The notes under the pieces are model-generated. The model saw only the letters and a list, made by a program, of their open reading frames with translations, was not told the DNA's origin and ran no database searches. A stretch of 64,000 nt of DNA from Vairimorpha necatrix (lineage: Eukaryota): NCBI GenBank assembly GCA_036630325.1, contig CP142728.1, positions 620,001 through 684,000 of the forward strand, given 5' to 3'. Below, piece by piece: positions 36,541 to 49,303 of this stretch. The position numbers were made by a program, and so were the translations under genes. How positions within the stretch are numbered: the stretch's first letter is position 1; each line of letters begins with the position of its first letter.

Positions 36541-38876
36541 TACTAATAATAGTTTAATTTATAATTATTATCAATTGAAAGTATTTATTACGTGTTATAC
36601 TTTCTTTATGTTAGCTAAATCGTAAGAAAAATCAATAAAAAATCACAAAGAAAAGGCGATACTATAGAAAAAGTAATATTTAATTATATATCATGGAATG
36701 CGGAAGGGTAATTATAAATTTTTAGTTGAACCCTTTCTCTGCGCCTTTGTTTTGATATCGTATAAAATATAATAATTTTCAGCATTTATTTGCAATAAAA
36801 ATTTAATAGTTTTATTTTATTACTAAAAATTTTTATTTCATTGTCGGAACTATTTCCTACAAGCATTTTCCCCTTATTCCGTATAATAATAATAACAATT
36901 TAATCCTCTTACAAATTCATTGAACAAAAAATATAATTTTAGTCTTAAAAATGTAATATTAACTTTATATATCTTAATTGTAAGATATACAACAACATTT
37001 TGTTATAATTATGATTTAAGGGGTGCTCGTAGGCATTGCACTGATACTTTTTACGAAAAAATATAATTAGACTTAGTTCCCAACTTGCTCTCTTATGATT
37101 CTATTTCTCAAATGATGTAATATCCTCAAAATAATAATAATGATCAATAAGTTGTATAAATATAAGTCAAAAGAAAATTAACTTATAGTTTGTAAATAAT
37201 ACAAGGATGAATGTACTTATGGATTAGCTTAATTATAATATAGTTATGTAGTTAAGCAGAAAGAATCCTTGGCTAGAATTATTTAGAAATAAATGCCTTG
37301 AGATGGTAAATAATGGCTAAAAACGTTTTTGTGAAAGATTCCATAAGTTAAATATAGTTAGGCCAAAACTTGTAAATGATTAGGACGGAGATCTTAAAAT
37401 ACAGAGCAGTAATAAATAGACGTTTGAATGCACTAAAAATTGTAGATGATACTTAAGAAACCTTGATTACATTCGAAGATGTCTCCCCTTGTGCCATGCA
37501 AAGTGTGCATAATAACTTTATCTGATGTCTATTGTTTTCCCAAAAATATACAGATAAACCAAATGTCGACCAGAGCCCGGCTTATTAGTATGCGGACACA
37601 GATTCATCGAAATTTACTGATAATATGCGGAAGACTAAATTGAGTGCAACTTGTATGTATATTGCGCTTTACATCCTCTAGTCATTTTTTCAAACCATCC
37701 GGGCCACTATTTGCATATAAATAGTTATAGATTTTCTCAATTAGTTGTGGTTATAAAATTTATATTGTTTCGTTGATTTTCTTTTGTTTGTGATTTTAAT
37801 CCTCTATCATAGCTATAACCTCATTAATAAAGATTATTAGATAGGTTGCAATTTTTAATTGTTTGTTCTATCTAGAGCATAAAATAAAAAAAAGACTTAA
37901 ATCAATTTAAATCGTATTTTTACATTTATATATCGCAAAGCATATTTTCATAAATTGAAGAAATTTGCTGTTATATTTCGACGTTTTTATTGATAACAAC
38001 GTGTAAAATAAGTCATCAAAGACATTTGACTAGTGGGCATAGTAAAAAAAGGTATTAAAAACGAGAGTTCGTCTGTTTGTAAGTTATTCCAGTGTAAACT
38101 CATTTACGCTTTGTAAAATTGTCTATATTTTCAATCAACTACTCTTTCTAATAGTCAATTATGCACAAAAGATAACAAATAAAAGAGAAACTCGAAAGTT
38201 GAATACAATTAAAAAACGACGGCGAACACTTCCCCTTAAGAAAAAAAATAAGGGAGCTTTCCCCAGAAAATGTTTTTTTCAAGGCATAAGCGTATTTATA
38301 ATTTTAGATTCACATGCCTCATATACTTTTTTTATTTCATAGAATTATATAATACACTGGTCATTTGAATGTTTGATAACGCATTATAGAGTAAATAAAT
38401 AAAAGGGGCGTTTTTTGTAGAATATATACTCACAGTAGAAATTTTAACATCAATTAGCAACAAAGGCCTCTATACTATCAGGAACATTTTATTGTAAGCG
38501 AGTAGATCGATAGGTATATAGATCTAAGAACTTTTTTTTCATACACAACAACCGTTAGAATAAAATCATATAGCTGTCTACATCCCTTCTCTATTATTTA
38601 TAATCGTAAATTGGCACTCAAAAAGCCATGTAAGGTTTATATATCTTAAACTCTTCGCTTAATTGAGGCTACCTAAAATTCTTTTTGCCATTTAATAACC
38701 CTAGTATCATTTTAAATGTTTGTCGTTAGTCAAATAGTCTTGCGATGGCTTGTATGGAGTTTAATGCTAACTTTGTCCACTTCTTTTCATTGATTTTTTC
38801 TTATTTCACTTGTTTCGAATAACATAGCCGAACTTTAAAAACCATTGAACAAATCGATACATATTTTAGCCCAAAA

Positions 38877-39928
38877 GGCTAAAATCAGCATTATTGTAAA
38901 AAATGGGGGGGTCAAAATTTTTAAAAAATTGCCCCTTTTTTAAAAAAAAGGAAGGGAAGAGAAAACTTCAGAAAAAACGAAAAATGTAATTAAGATATAA
39001 AAATATAATAAAATTGTATTAAAATAAGTAGAATATATCAAAAACATAATTTTAATAATGCTTCAAAGGCGTCTTGAATCTCATTTCTTTTAATCATATA
39101 TAGAGTTAAATAGATTTCAGAAGTTCATTTGTTCTACACCTATTGGGTATAGAGGCTTTTAAAGATCTCCAATTCCCTTCGATGGTGTTTGTATAGACAC
39201 CTGTTTCATTTTTTCTGAATGTTTGACTGTGATTCACAGTTCTATGGTCCGCATAATGGCTTTTTAAGGTTATATATGCCTTCCACATATCGGAATGAAT
39301 AATGGATTTTAAATTTACATGCTTAAATAAGATTGGCAGCAATGTATCCTTGTTTCTTTTATTTATTATGACAATATTTATCTTCTTTTCTACCATCCCG
39401 AAACACCAAAAACCTTTGACCAATCTTCCGCTGTGGTATTTATTCTTACCTATTTTGCTTTCATCGATCTCCACTATAATATTTTCACCTCCTATTTGTT
39501 TTGTCTTATTTAAATATTTCTCAAAATTTTTAATTTATATAATTTCTCAAGTGTATAACATACATTTTGAATATTACAGTCCAAAATTTTAGAAATATGC
39601 GCTATTTTAAGTCCCATTATCCATAGATTAACAATTTTCAGCATAAGAAGATGATCTATCTTACTATTTGAAAATAAAGTATTATTCCAAATTGAAAATC
39701 TGTGGCCACATTTGGGAAACTTGCATCTCAAATAAGCTGTTTCGTTTGATACTCTAGATGTATTCCAACCACAAATTGAACATTTCTGCTTATATTTCTT
39801 TAGTAGCAGACGTTCGTAAAAATCTTCAATTTCTTCATTGCTTAGCATTCCATTCTTTTTTTAAAAAGGGGGCAATTTTTTAAAAATTTTGACCCCCCAT
39901 TTTTTTTACATTAATGCTGATTTTAGCC
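38877..39928 (-). mobile_element. Merlin DNA transposon, frameshifted transposase
   Basis: ~75-bp TIRs starting ggctaaaatcagcatta (38877) and ending ...gctgattttagcc (39928). ORFs 39510-39848 (zinc ribbon) and 39106-39474 (EIDESK, HSDMWKAY, TNTIEGNW). TSD not clear. Confidence 0.92.
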
Positions 39929-40055
39929 CCAAATTAATTAAATACAAAATAATTAAAATAAAGATCAAGGTGATTTTTTGCAAAAAATAATCCTAAACTA
40001 ATTTATAGAATGATGACCCTCATTGATTCGGTATAGAAAGTATATGAACAATGTT

Positions 40056-40898
40056 TTATTTGCTATTAAATATCTGATTGATTTTTTCATAAGTTTCCTT
40101 AGCCAAAGTCGACTTTTCAGATAAGGCAATTAATTTATCTCTTATCGAATCAAGAATCGTATTTAATCCGACCTGTGCATTAATATCTTCGCATTTATAC
40201 AATGTCAATTCATATTTAATTTTATCAAAGGTTTCCAATATTGGTATATAATTGAACAAAGAATATATTTCTATATTGTAATTATGAATTATAATTCTGT
40301 AGTCGTAAGAATAGCTCCCATTTATTTTTACTTTCTTATCATAAACTGTTAGAAAAAGGTCTAAAAGTTTTACGAATTCTAATAGTATGTTCCTAATCTT
40401 GATAGATAGTTTTAAGTTTTTAATTTTATTTTTGATATTGGGCAATTGAATATTAATTAATTTATATAAAGAATTCCATTTAAGTCGCCCGATGGCCATA
40501 TAACATTTATGAGTGTTTTTTTCATGTTTATTTTTTAACTTAACTTTTGAACATGCGATCTTTTTTGGTTTTTTCTGTTCCATTGTTTCAATAAATTGTT
40601 CAATTTTCTTTTGGCAGTCAAATAATTGTTTTTTTATATTTTTAATCACATTTCTTAAAATTTGTGAATTGCATTTTTTTGAAGCTTGCATACGTAATGC
40701 TTCCGTTTCCGAAACGTTAGAAAGATTTCGATCGTTTTCTTTATTTATATTATATTCATGATACATCCTATTTTGTAATTCGATTGGTGAGTAATATAAA
40801 GGTACATAATATAGCCGAATATTACCATTTGCGTCATTTATCTCAGAACTGTTGGTGATATTTTGAGCACATAAGATGATATTTAGTATGCAAATCAT
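40056..40898 (-). CDS. Family B putative secreted protein (280 aa)
   Basis: Hydrophobic start [11 protein letters not shown], ccc motif 5 nt upstream, Lys/Asn-rich helical body; paralogue at 29213. Confidence 0.85.
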
Positions 40899-41299
40899 TT
40901 TTAGGGCAAATAAAAACTAGTTTTTTGACTCTGTTTAATTTTTCTTTAAAATTTAAGGAATCATTTAACTGTTTAAGAGAATGATGAGAGATTTTTTAAC
41001 TGGTCTATTTCAAGGGATTTGCTGATGATTAACACAACATTTTTTCCATCAGAATTAAAAATGATAAATTGAAAATACTTTTGGTTAATTAACAAAAGAA
41101 ATTGAATAAGAGAAATTTTTTTTTATATTATAGTGAACATTCGATAATATGGTATACTTTTATTGTCAAGCTCGATCTTATGTTTCGATTTAAGTAAAAT
41201 CAGTTCTTATGCAATCGATTTTTTAACTTCATTAAGTCTAGTCGATATACTTTAGTGGAATGGGAGAAAATAAATTATCTTTTTATAGATAATTCTATT

Positions 41300-44200
41300 T
41301 GTTGTAGTCGGAATAATTACCGAAAACCATTATTTATTTATTTTTTTATTTATTCAATTTGTAAAATATCAAATGATATTTAATATATCAGTGATTGACA
41401 TGCTATGCTCAACACTCTTCCTTTCTTTCAAAAAAAAATATTTTCTCACGTTACTTAGGTTCGAAGTAATTATCTTTCATCTGTTAGCTTGATGTCAACA
41501 GATCCAAACCTCTTAGCTATAATTGTTCAACTAAAGTTATAATCTGCTGCTAATTTATGTTCTTTACTGACTATTGATTATAAAGTATATTATCTCCAAC
41601 TTTAATTTCTTCTCTAATTCTACTTCTTGCCGGTTTTAGTAACTTGTTTAATATTGAATTATGTGCTTTTTTTGTTGTTTTGACATTTTCTTCTTCGTTT
41701 ACATTTCCCGCGGTGAACAGTTTATTCCTCGATAAAATAAATCCAGATATACTTCCAACGTTTTCTTAATGCATTGCACCTAGTCAATCCTCCCAAAATT
41801 TGACGCCTTTTTGAACTTTTCCACAAATGTTCTGTTGAATCTCTCTACTAACCCTGTAGTTGTAGGTGTAAATGGTGCCCCAGTCTCCATTCAATTTTAT
41901 GTATCGTTGCTAAATTTTTCATGCTCTGGTTCACGAACTCTTTTCCATTATCAGATATAACAACCTTTGGTGCGGCTAATTTTTTAATAGTTTCTTCGAG
42001 TCCCACACTCGTTTCCATTGCATCTTTAGTCCGCAATGGTATTACATTTGCTACCTTCGAAAAATGATCGATTATGGTTAACAAAGATCTATATCCTTGT
42101 TGACTTTGCGGTAGAGGCTTACTATGTCAATTTCCCGTATTTCGTTCAATTTATCTGCTCTAACCGGAATGATGCTTTTCTTGATGTAATATGACCCCAT
42201 CTGTTAACACTTAAGGCAATTTTGTATTGTCTTTATAACTTTCTTTTGTAAACCTTTTATTTTTTCTTTCCTTAAAACATGCATCATTGCTTTATATTAT
42301 CCATGTGCTAGCCGTTCGTGTGTCTATTTAACAAGTTTCGTAACTTCACTTTTTTCTTTTATGATTTTAATATTCTGCTGTTCTCCCATCATTCGACTTA
42401 AAGAGTCACTTGGATTATTCTGTACTTTAATATGTTCGATCTCTATATCATGTTCCTGCAGATAGAGCGCCCATCTCGCGAACTCTGTTTTCATAATTGT
42501 ACTCTTGAATAGAAATTTTATCGCACTATGATCTGTTCTTAACAGAAATTTCTTTCCAATTAAGTAAAGTCTGAAATGCTCAATTGCTTTGATTATTGCT
42601 AATAATTCTTTTTCTGTCGTTGAATAATTTTTTTCTGCCTTAGAATGCACTTTAGAATAATATCATAAGATTTTTCCCCTCTCTGTATCAATGAAAGTAT
42701 TGCCCCCGAACCAAGATCTGATGCATCTGTAGTAAGAATAAATTTTTCATTAAGATCGGGCATTCCAAGTACTCCCGTTCTTCCAATATTATCTTTTGGT
42801 GATTCGATGGCTTTAATATATTTGTCTTCATCGCTAATTCTCTTCCAATCTATTCTGAATTCTTTTTTATTAATCCGTAAAGGTATGTATTTTCTTTCGA
42901 AAAATTTTTTATAAACTTACTACAATAGTTAATCGTCCCTAAAAAAGATTATTATTCCCCTCTGTTTTGGGGAATTTTTAGTTCTTTAATCGCTTTTATC
43001 CTTTCTGGATCAATTCTAATCCCTCTATGGTCTACTACGTGTCCCAGTATTTGGATTTGCTTCTTTTCATATTCACATTTGCTATCGTTAAGCTTTAATC
43101 CTGCCTTATTAATTAATTCTAACACTTTTCTAACGTGATCCCTGTGTTCTTCCAAAGTCCTACTATATATAATAATGTCATCCATATACGCCATGGTGAA
43201 CTTCCCGAGGTACGGCTTTAATATTCGTTTCATCATCCTCTGGAAGTCGCTGGATCATTCACTAGACCAAATGGCATGTACATAAATTCATAAAGTTCAC
43301 CCCGCATGAAAAAGCTGTTTTTTCTTTATCATTTTCATCTGGTTATATCCGATAAAGCATCTAATTTAGTGAAAAAGATTGATCCGTCCAGAGATCCAAT
43401 ATCTCATCAACCCGAGGCCCAGGGTACGAGTCTTTTATCGTTATTTCATTCAGTCTTCTGTAGTCAGCGCATAACCTGTAATTTCCGTTCTTTTTCTTTG
43501 CCAGTACCACTGGGCTCCTCCATGGACTATTAGACTCCCGTATGACACCTTCTTTTAGATATTGTTTAACAATTTTCTTCGCTTCCTTTTCCGCTTCCGC
43601 CCCTAACCTATAACACGCGTTCGTTATTGGAGGGAGATTTTGAGTGATAATCCTATGTTCTCCCAGATTTTCTTTTGCACACTCCTTTTGTGTCCATTCA
43701 ATGCGACAGTCTATTCCAAATTCAATTTTGACTTTATGTTTCTTAAGGAAACCGAGACCATAAATCATATTTGAAGTCATATCGTTAGTTACTATAAAAC
43801 TTTTTTTGAAAACTCTTTCTCACATCGTGAACTTTTGTCTTGTCATACCCGAAGTTTTTATTTCAGTACCATTTGCAGAGATAAGGTTTCCTGTGTGTTC
43901 CAGATTGATATTCCTAATGTCTTTTTCTTTAATCAAGTTTACGCATGACCTGAGTCAACTAGCGCATGTACATCAAATTTCCCAATTTTACTACTACCGT
44001 GAGATCTTTATTTATAGTATTACCTAAGGGCCTAATAGCGTTGTAATAATTAAGAGATTTATTTTCATTATATTCATCCTCTTCTTTAATTTCCATTCCA
44101 ACTTGCCTTAACCTTGTTTTACGCCGTTCCTTTTTTCTTTTTTCACATTCTTTTTTAAAATTTCTTTTTCTGCGGCAATACCAACTCTCCTCATTACCCT

Positions 44201-44857
44201 GCACTTTGCATATTTTTATCGTTTAATCTTTGACCTTTTGAGGTAATGTCGTATACGTATTCGATTTATTACTACAATCTAGTCCTTCACCTGAATTATA
44301 GATATAGTTCAATGTACGTTCAGACGGCATATTCATCAAAAAAATTCCTCCAATATCATCGGGCAATTCTATTGAGTACGAATGCAATTAGGACATTATC
44401 CAGGAGTCTAGCTTTTATTGAAATTCTCCTCATTTGATCCAAGTATGATAAAAACGATCCCGACTGGTATAGACATCGTGCTAGATTTTTTATGTGCCCC
44501 ACACTGCTTACTCTTCATTTAATTTTATTTAGAAATACCATACACAAGAATTCAAATTGACAGTTCCATGGCACAGATTCCGCCCATATAGCTGCTTCCC
44601 CCGCTAAATGATCACGAAGGAAAAAAACCTTTCCCTCTTGGCCACAGTTTGTAATTACTACCCATCCCCTTATGTATGCCAAGAATGCATCAGGATCATC
44701 TTCTCTACTGTTCCTAAAGATTTTTTTGTTTGTCGTTGTCGCAGAACTGTTGTGGTCAGAATAATTACCGAAAAACATGGGTTTATTTATTTATTCAATT
44801 TATATTAAATATCAAATGATATTTAATATATCAGTGATTGACATGCTATACTCAACA
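41300..44857 (-). mobile_element. Ty3/Gypsy LTR retrotransposon, element 4 (110/115-bp LTRs, heavily decayed)
   Basis: LTRs 41300-41414 and 44748-44857 (TG...CA, several differences); TSD ctatt at 41295-41299 and 44858-44862; purine tract from 41415. Fragments of gag (44515-44778), protease (ALVDSG near 43960), RT (SPWRSPVVLAKKK, YMDDII), RNase H (TTDAS, YSTTEKE), integrase (ISDNGKEF). Confidence 0.93.
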
Positions 44858-46385
44858 CTATTCAAGAAGAACATTACATTGAAGAGCAAAGCTTAGAGGT
44901 CTGTGATACATTACAGATGACGCGATTATGTTCGTATTTAACGATTTACATATAATGATCTCGTAACCCATCATTCTTGGCACGAAATGCTTGGTTTATT
45001 AAGGTTGATTAAATCTTTTGTGGATCTCAAAATGTATTTTCTAATTGGAGCATGACAGACCTACGAATCCTCCCCTATTTGATCTTTGCCGTGTTGTCTT
45101 GAGTTTTTTAATGATCCATGTGATACATAAAAAATTTAAAGTCTTAGCAATAGAAGCACATTTGAACACGTATTGTCACAAATTACCTGCGATATTGATT
45201 TATAAGTTCCGGGTAGTTTTTATGCCTATTGACACTGTCGTAAATCGTGCCCAAGACTGTTTTAGGTGACTAGAAACAGTTAATATTACCAAAATCCTGC
45301 TTTTCAGAGTTTAGAAGAAGATTTGTTATAAATATTGTAAAAACAATCACATTAGGTTTGTACATAGGTACAATTTGGAATATACACGAAAGAAAAACAA
45401 AAATCAAATCCAAAGTATAAATATTTTTATTGATATGTTATCAAAATAAAACACATTAAAATTATAAACTAATTTTTTTAGATGTACGTTTTGACACACC
45501 TAAAGGATTAAATATTTTCATTGTGCATTATTTCGTTCCTAAACTGATTTAAAACTAATTTAAGCCTGTTATTTTAGAAAATATCTCTAATTTATAAAGA
45601 TAAATCATTAAATGAGCATATGATATTAAGTAACTTGTTTTGAATTCAAATTAAGTAATTTTACAATATATTTTAATATAAGCTTATTTAAGTTGTTCTG
45701 AGATTTGGTAATAAAAGTTTAAAAGGCTTACATAACTATATTTACACATTTCTTATATTTTTATAGAGAATTTAAGAACAGCTCATTGACCGAGCAGCGA
45801 CACTAATAGCATAAAAGTGGTCAAATCTTCATTTTTAATATATATATGAGTTCTTATATTTAGAATGTGGTTGTACGTGAGATAATCATTAAAAAAATGT
45901 AGGATCATAAAAGAAGTGCATTTCCCAAATATAAACTCCAAATAAATACGCAAAGTTTTTTAAAGTCCAAAGAAAACGAATATTAAGCATCATGCACTCT
46001 TTACTCGGAGCTTAAAAAAGCAATAGCTAGATCCAAATCAATTTATTGTTTACCACAGATTAGAAATAAATTCTATAAACAAGGGGAACAATTTGCCCCT
46101 GTGATCACATTGCAAGTCTGTATATCGTTTAGCTTACAAGTGTATTAATTTTTTGAGTTTATTTTCGCTATAAGCTGAAATTAGTTAGATGTTTTACACC
46201 ATAATTTTTTGATATGTTAAAAAACAAAAAAAAATAGGGACAGATAGTACAAGAAATCATGGAAAATGAATAAGGAAAATAAATGAGGAAAATAAATATA
46301 TACGCAAAGTATCTACCAATTATACTATACATCAACAAAACAATAAAATTATTTATGTGCTTTACAAGAATATAATAAAAAATTT

Positions 46386-46985
46386 GGTACATGGCCGTTT
46401 GGAACCCGCATTGAAAATTTAGAAGGACTCTTTTATAAAAAAATGATAAAATTGGTAAGAACAAAATTTGTTAAAAAGAGGGTGTCTTGAATATGGAAAT
46501 AAACTATAGTTTATTTTAAAAATGCGTAATACAGAAAGGCGTGTGCCTTGCTTGCCCTGTGGCTAATAGAAATACGTCTATTCTCCTTGAAGTAATGCAA
46601 GATAATGTATTATCAGTTCTATTTCTATTTTGTTCGCGTTCAATGGTAGCATATAATGCCGCATTAGACAAAACACATGAATGGAGCACAGGACTGTGAA
46701 TCACGTTGTCAATTTCGTAAACCTTAACGATACACAGACACAATACCATACAAATTGAGAGATTTTGGACTCTTTTCAAGGGAGACATTCGATCTAGAAA
46801 TGAAATAAACCAGGACGAACACTATGAGTACCTTTTACAGTTCCTCTGGTCTTATCAAATACCGAAAAATCTACGTAAAAATGTTCTTCTTTTATATATA
46901 AATAACTCATGTAGTCTTTTTTTCATGATTTTTTTATTTTCCCTTTTTTTAAAAATTCAATGCGGGTTCCAAACGGTCATATGCC
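46386..46985 (+). mobile_element. Internally deleted Merlin derivative (600 bp) of a different family
   Basis: ~30-bp TIRs ggtacatggccgtttggaacccgcattgaa / ttcaatgcgggttccaaacggtcatatgcc. Plus-strand relic PVANRNTSILLEVMQDNV...AYN...VNHVVNFVN...IERFWTLFK is the ISXO2-type C-terminal half. Confidence 0.8.
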
Positions 46986-47585
46986 TTTTAAACTATTATT
47001 GAAAGATATAAATTATGACCGGTGGCCTTTTGAATAATTTTAGATTCAAAACCATTTGGAGGGGATATTTTTTTGTGCAAAAGTCTACAGAAATAAGAAG
47101 CATTAAAACTGGCATTCATACGTGAAATCCAAAATGTTTACTGTATACTACATAAAGTTGTATTGTTAAACAATTAAAAATACAACATAATATCTTTTAA
47201 GACAAGTATGGTTCCTGGACACATAGCTATTGTTTTATCAAATTTTATTCATGAAAAAAATTATAAGGAAAAGACATGTTATCATGAAAAATAGAATGAA
47301 TAATCTTTTTAATAGCTCAAATTCCTTCAAGAACAAAATCCAAACACGAAAAAAGATGCCATTATAAAGTCAAAGCTGATTTGTGTGAGGTATAGCGAAG
47401 GAAGGGAAAATCTATTTTATAGAAATTGTGCCTTACAGAATTGCTTTTGTAAATACAGAGCCTATAAAGAACATGTCGCGATAGAGACTGAAATAACAAT
47501 AAATGGCTTTCATCATACTGTTATTCATTTGCGACTTTGAATCTTTTAATAAAGTCTTTGATCATGGTGTTGGTTTTAGTAATTA

Positions 47586-48500
47586 CAGGGGTTTGCATTT
47601 CTATATTCCCATAAAAATAAGAAATTTCAAAAAAATATAAAATGTTTATTAAATAAAATCTTCTCTTGCTCTTGCCTTTTCTAGCCAGCCTATCATATTT
47701 CTGTAAAACGCAGGACGCTTACGGCTATAATCTAAACTCAAAACATTCTCAATAATTGTTTCAATTAGACTTTCTGATGAATAAAATGATGAAAATCTTG
47801 CCCTGAGCATTGAAAAAAAAACTCTTCAATGGGATTTAGTTGTGGTGAATAAGGAGGCAGAAATTTATGATTAATGCCAAGATTATTTAATTTTTGTAAA
47901 ACTTCCTCCGAATGATGAAAACTGGCATTATCCATTATAAGAACTTTACCAGGATTATTCCTAAAGAACATAGATAATTTATTTTCAATAAAGTTCATAA
48001 AACTCTCGGAATTATATGCTCCGCGTTTATACTCAAATGCCAATATCCATTTATGGTAATTACGCACATATAGCTGATATTTTGGCCGCGATTTGCAGGC
48101 ACATTCTTATAGGCTTTGGTATTCTTTTCTAAATATTCGTAACTTCGCGTAGTATGAGCGTTGAACCCAGTTTCATCAAGAAAAAGTAGGTTTTCGGCCA
48201 AGTACCTACTAATTTCGGAGGCATAAATACTCCTTTGGTTTATTTTATCCAACGAGTTACGTTCAACAGGAATCAAACTGAGCCTTTTTCTTGTTATACC
48301 GAGTTTTTTGAGTTTTCTCGATATTGAAGATTTTGACAAATTTACATTTGTTCGTAAATTTAACTCATTAGAAATTTCCTGTAAGTCATATCGTTTGCAC
48401 AATCAACTATGTTTTTAACAACCCGGTCTGTATTCGAAAGCATTTCACATTAAACTCACTTCACGGAAAGACAAATCCAGTATCTATTTGACTTGACTTC
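47586..48500 (-). mobile_element. Tc1/IS630 superfamily (DD34E) transposon remnant
   Basis: Frameshifted ORFs 47995-48402 (HTH, LFLDETGFN) and 47765-48067 (IMDNASFHH...LPPYSPQLNPIE, 34 residues between D and E). One terminus ta|caggggtttgca at 47584-47597; the other TIR was not found. Confidence 0.85.
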
Positions 48501-48819
48501 AAATACTTTCTGCAATAATTTTGTTAAAATATTAATTTGTAATTTTTTTTAATTGTATTTTTGAATTTAAGAAATGCTCATTTTTTTCCCGATTAGATAA
48601 AAAACAATATTTCATGCTTTTATTTGCATACAGGACCAAAAAGGCTGTTAAAAGTATAACATGTCATCCAAATTCCCATTTAATGGCATTTTTCGTTTAA
48701 AATAAGTTTAGAAATATAATTTTGTGATGTTTTTAAGACTGTTTCGAGAACAACAGAAGACGCTAGATCTAACAAATAAAGATTGTCAAAAATGCAGCTT
48801 TCATAACTGTGATGCTTTT

Positions 48820-49225
48820 TTGTATTTGGAGGGGCGATGTGTTACAATATAATGTTTTTATATCCACTTACAAATGTCTCCCGCGAGGCTGGCTTCTGCC
48901 TGCTTTAAATGCTTTTTATAAGTAATGTTTTTTTTGTTTAGTGTTTTGGAGTTTTCCATCTCCTTTTCTTTCCTTAGTTTCATCCCCTCGATGGTGCATT
49001 TACTTAAATAATTGGGAATGGTGGTTTTGGCATGTTTGGCAATAAAAGTGCAGTTGCCCAAATATGGTAGTTTCAGGCCTTAACATAATTGGTTTTTGGC
49101 GTCTTCCCATTATCACAACTATGGTGTTGGTCTCTCCAAAGGCCTGTCGAAACACACGCCACTACTTGGGCAGGGCAAGTCTCAGTATGCACCTGGGCTT
49201 GTCCCCTAAAATCTCCCTGGCTTAA
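48820..49225 (-). ncRNA. Candidate structured non-coding RNA of unknown class
   Basis: GC-richer segment with no ATG-started ORF of note and many complementary pairs, including a pseudoknot (see findings); G-U pairs favour the minus strand. Hand-folded only. Confidence 0.5.
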
Positions 49226-49303
49226 TTGTTCAATCTTCAAAATTTTTTCAATAATACATTTTTCAATCTATAAAAAATGTTTTTTATGCTAAATATTTTT
49301 TAT

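Noticed and set aside
38869-39936. 8-bp TSD for the second Merlin
   Set aside because: Flanks gcccaaaa and ccaaatta do not match well enough.
48820-49225. Firm call as telomerase RNA, RNase P/MRP, SRP RNA or U2
   Set aside because: No TTAGG/TTAGGG-type template, no correctly ordered P4 (CR-I/CR-V) motifs, no SRP helix-8 motif and no GUAGUA branch-pairing site.
48858-49292. ORFs 48858-49061 (-) and 49089-49292 (+) as proteins
   Set aside because: Both start at TTG, lack a CCC-ATG context and resemble no family; RNA structure explains the composition better.
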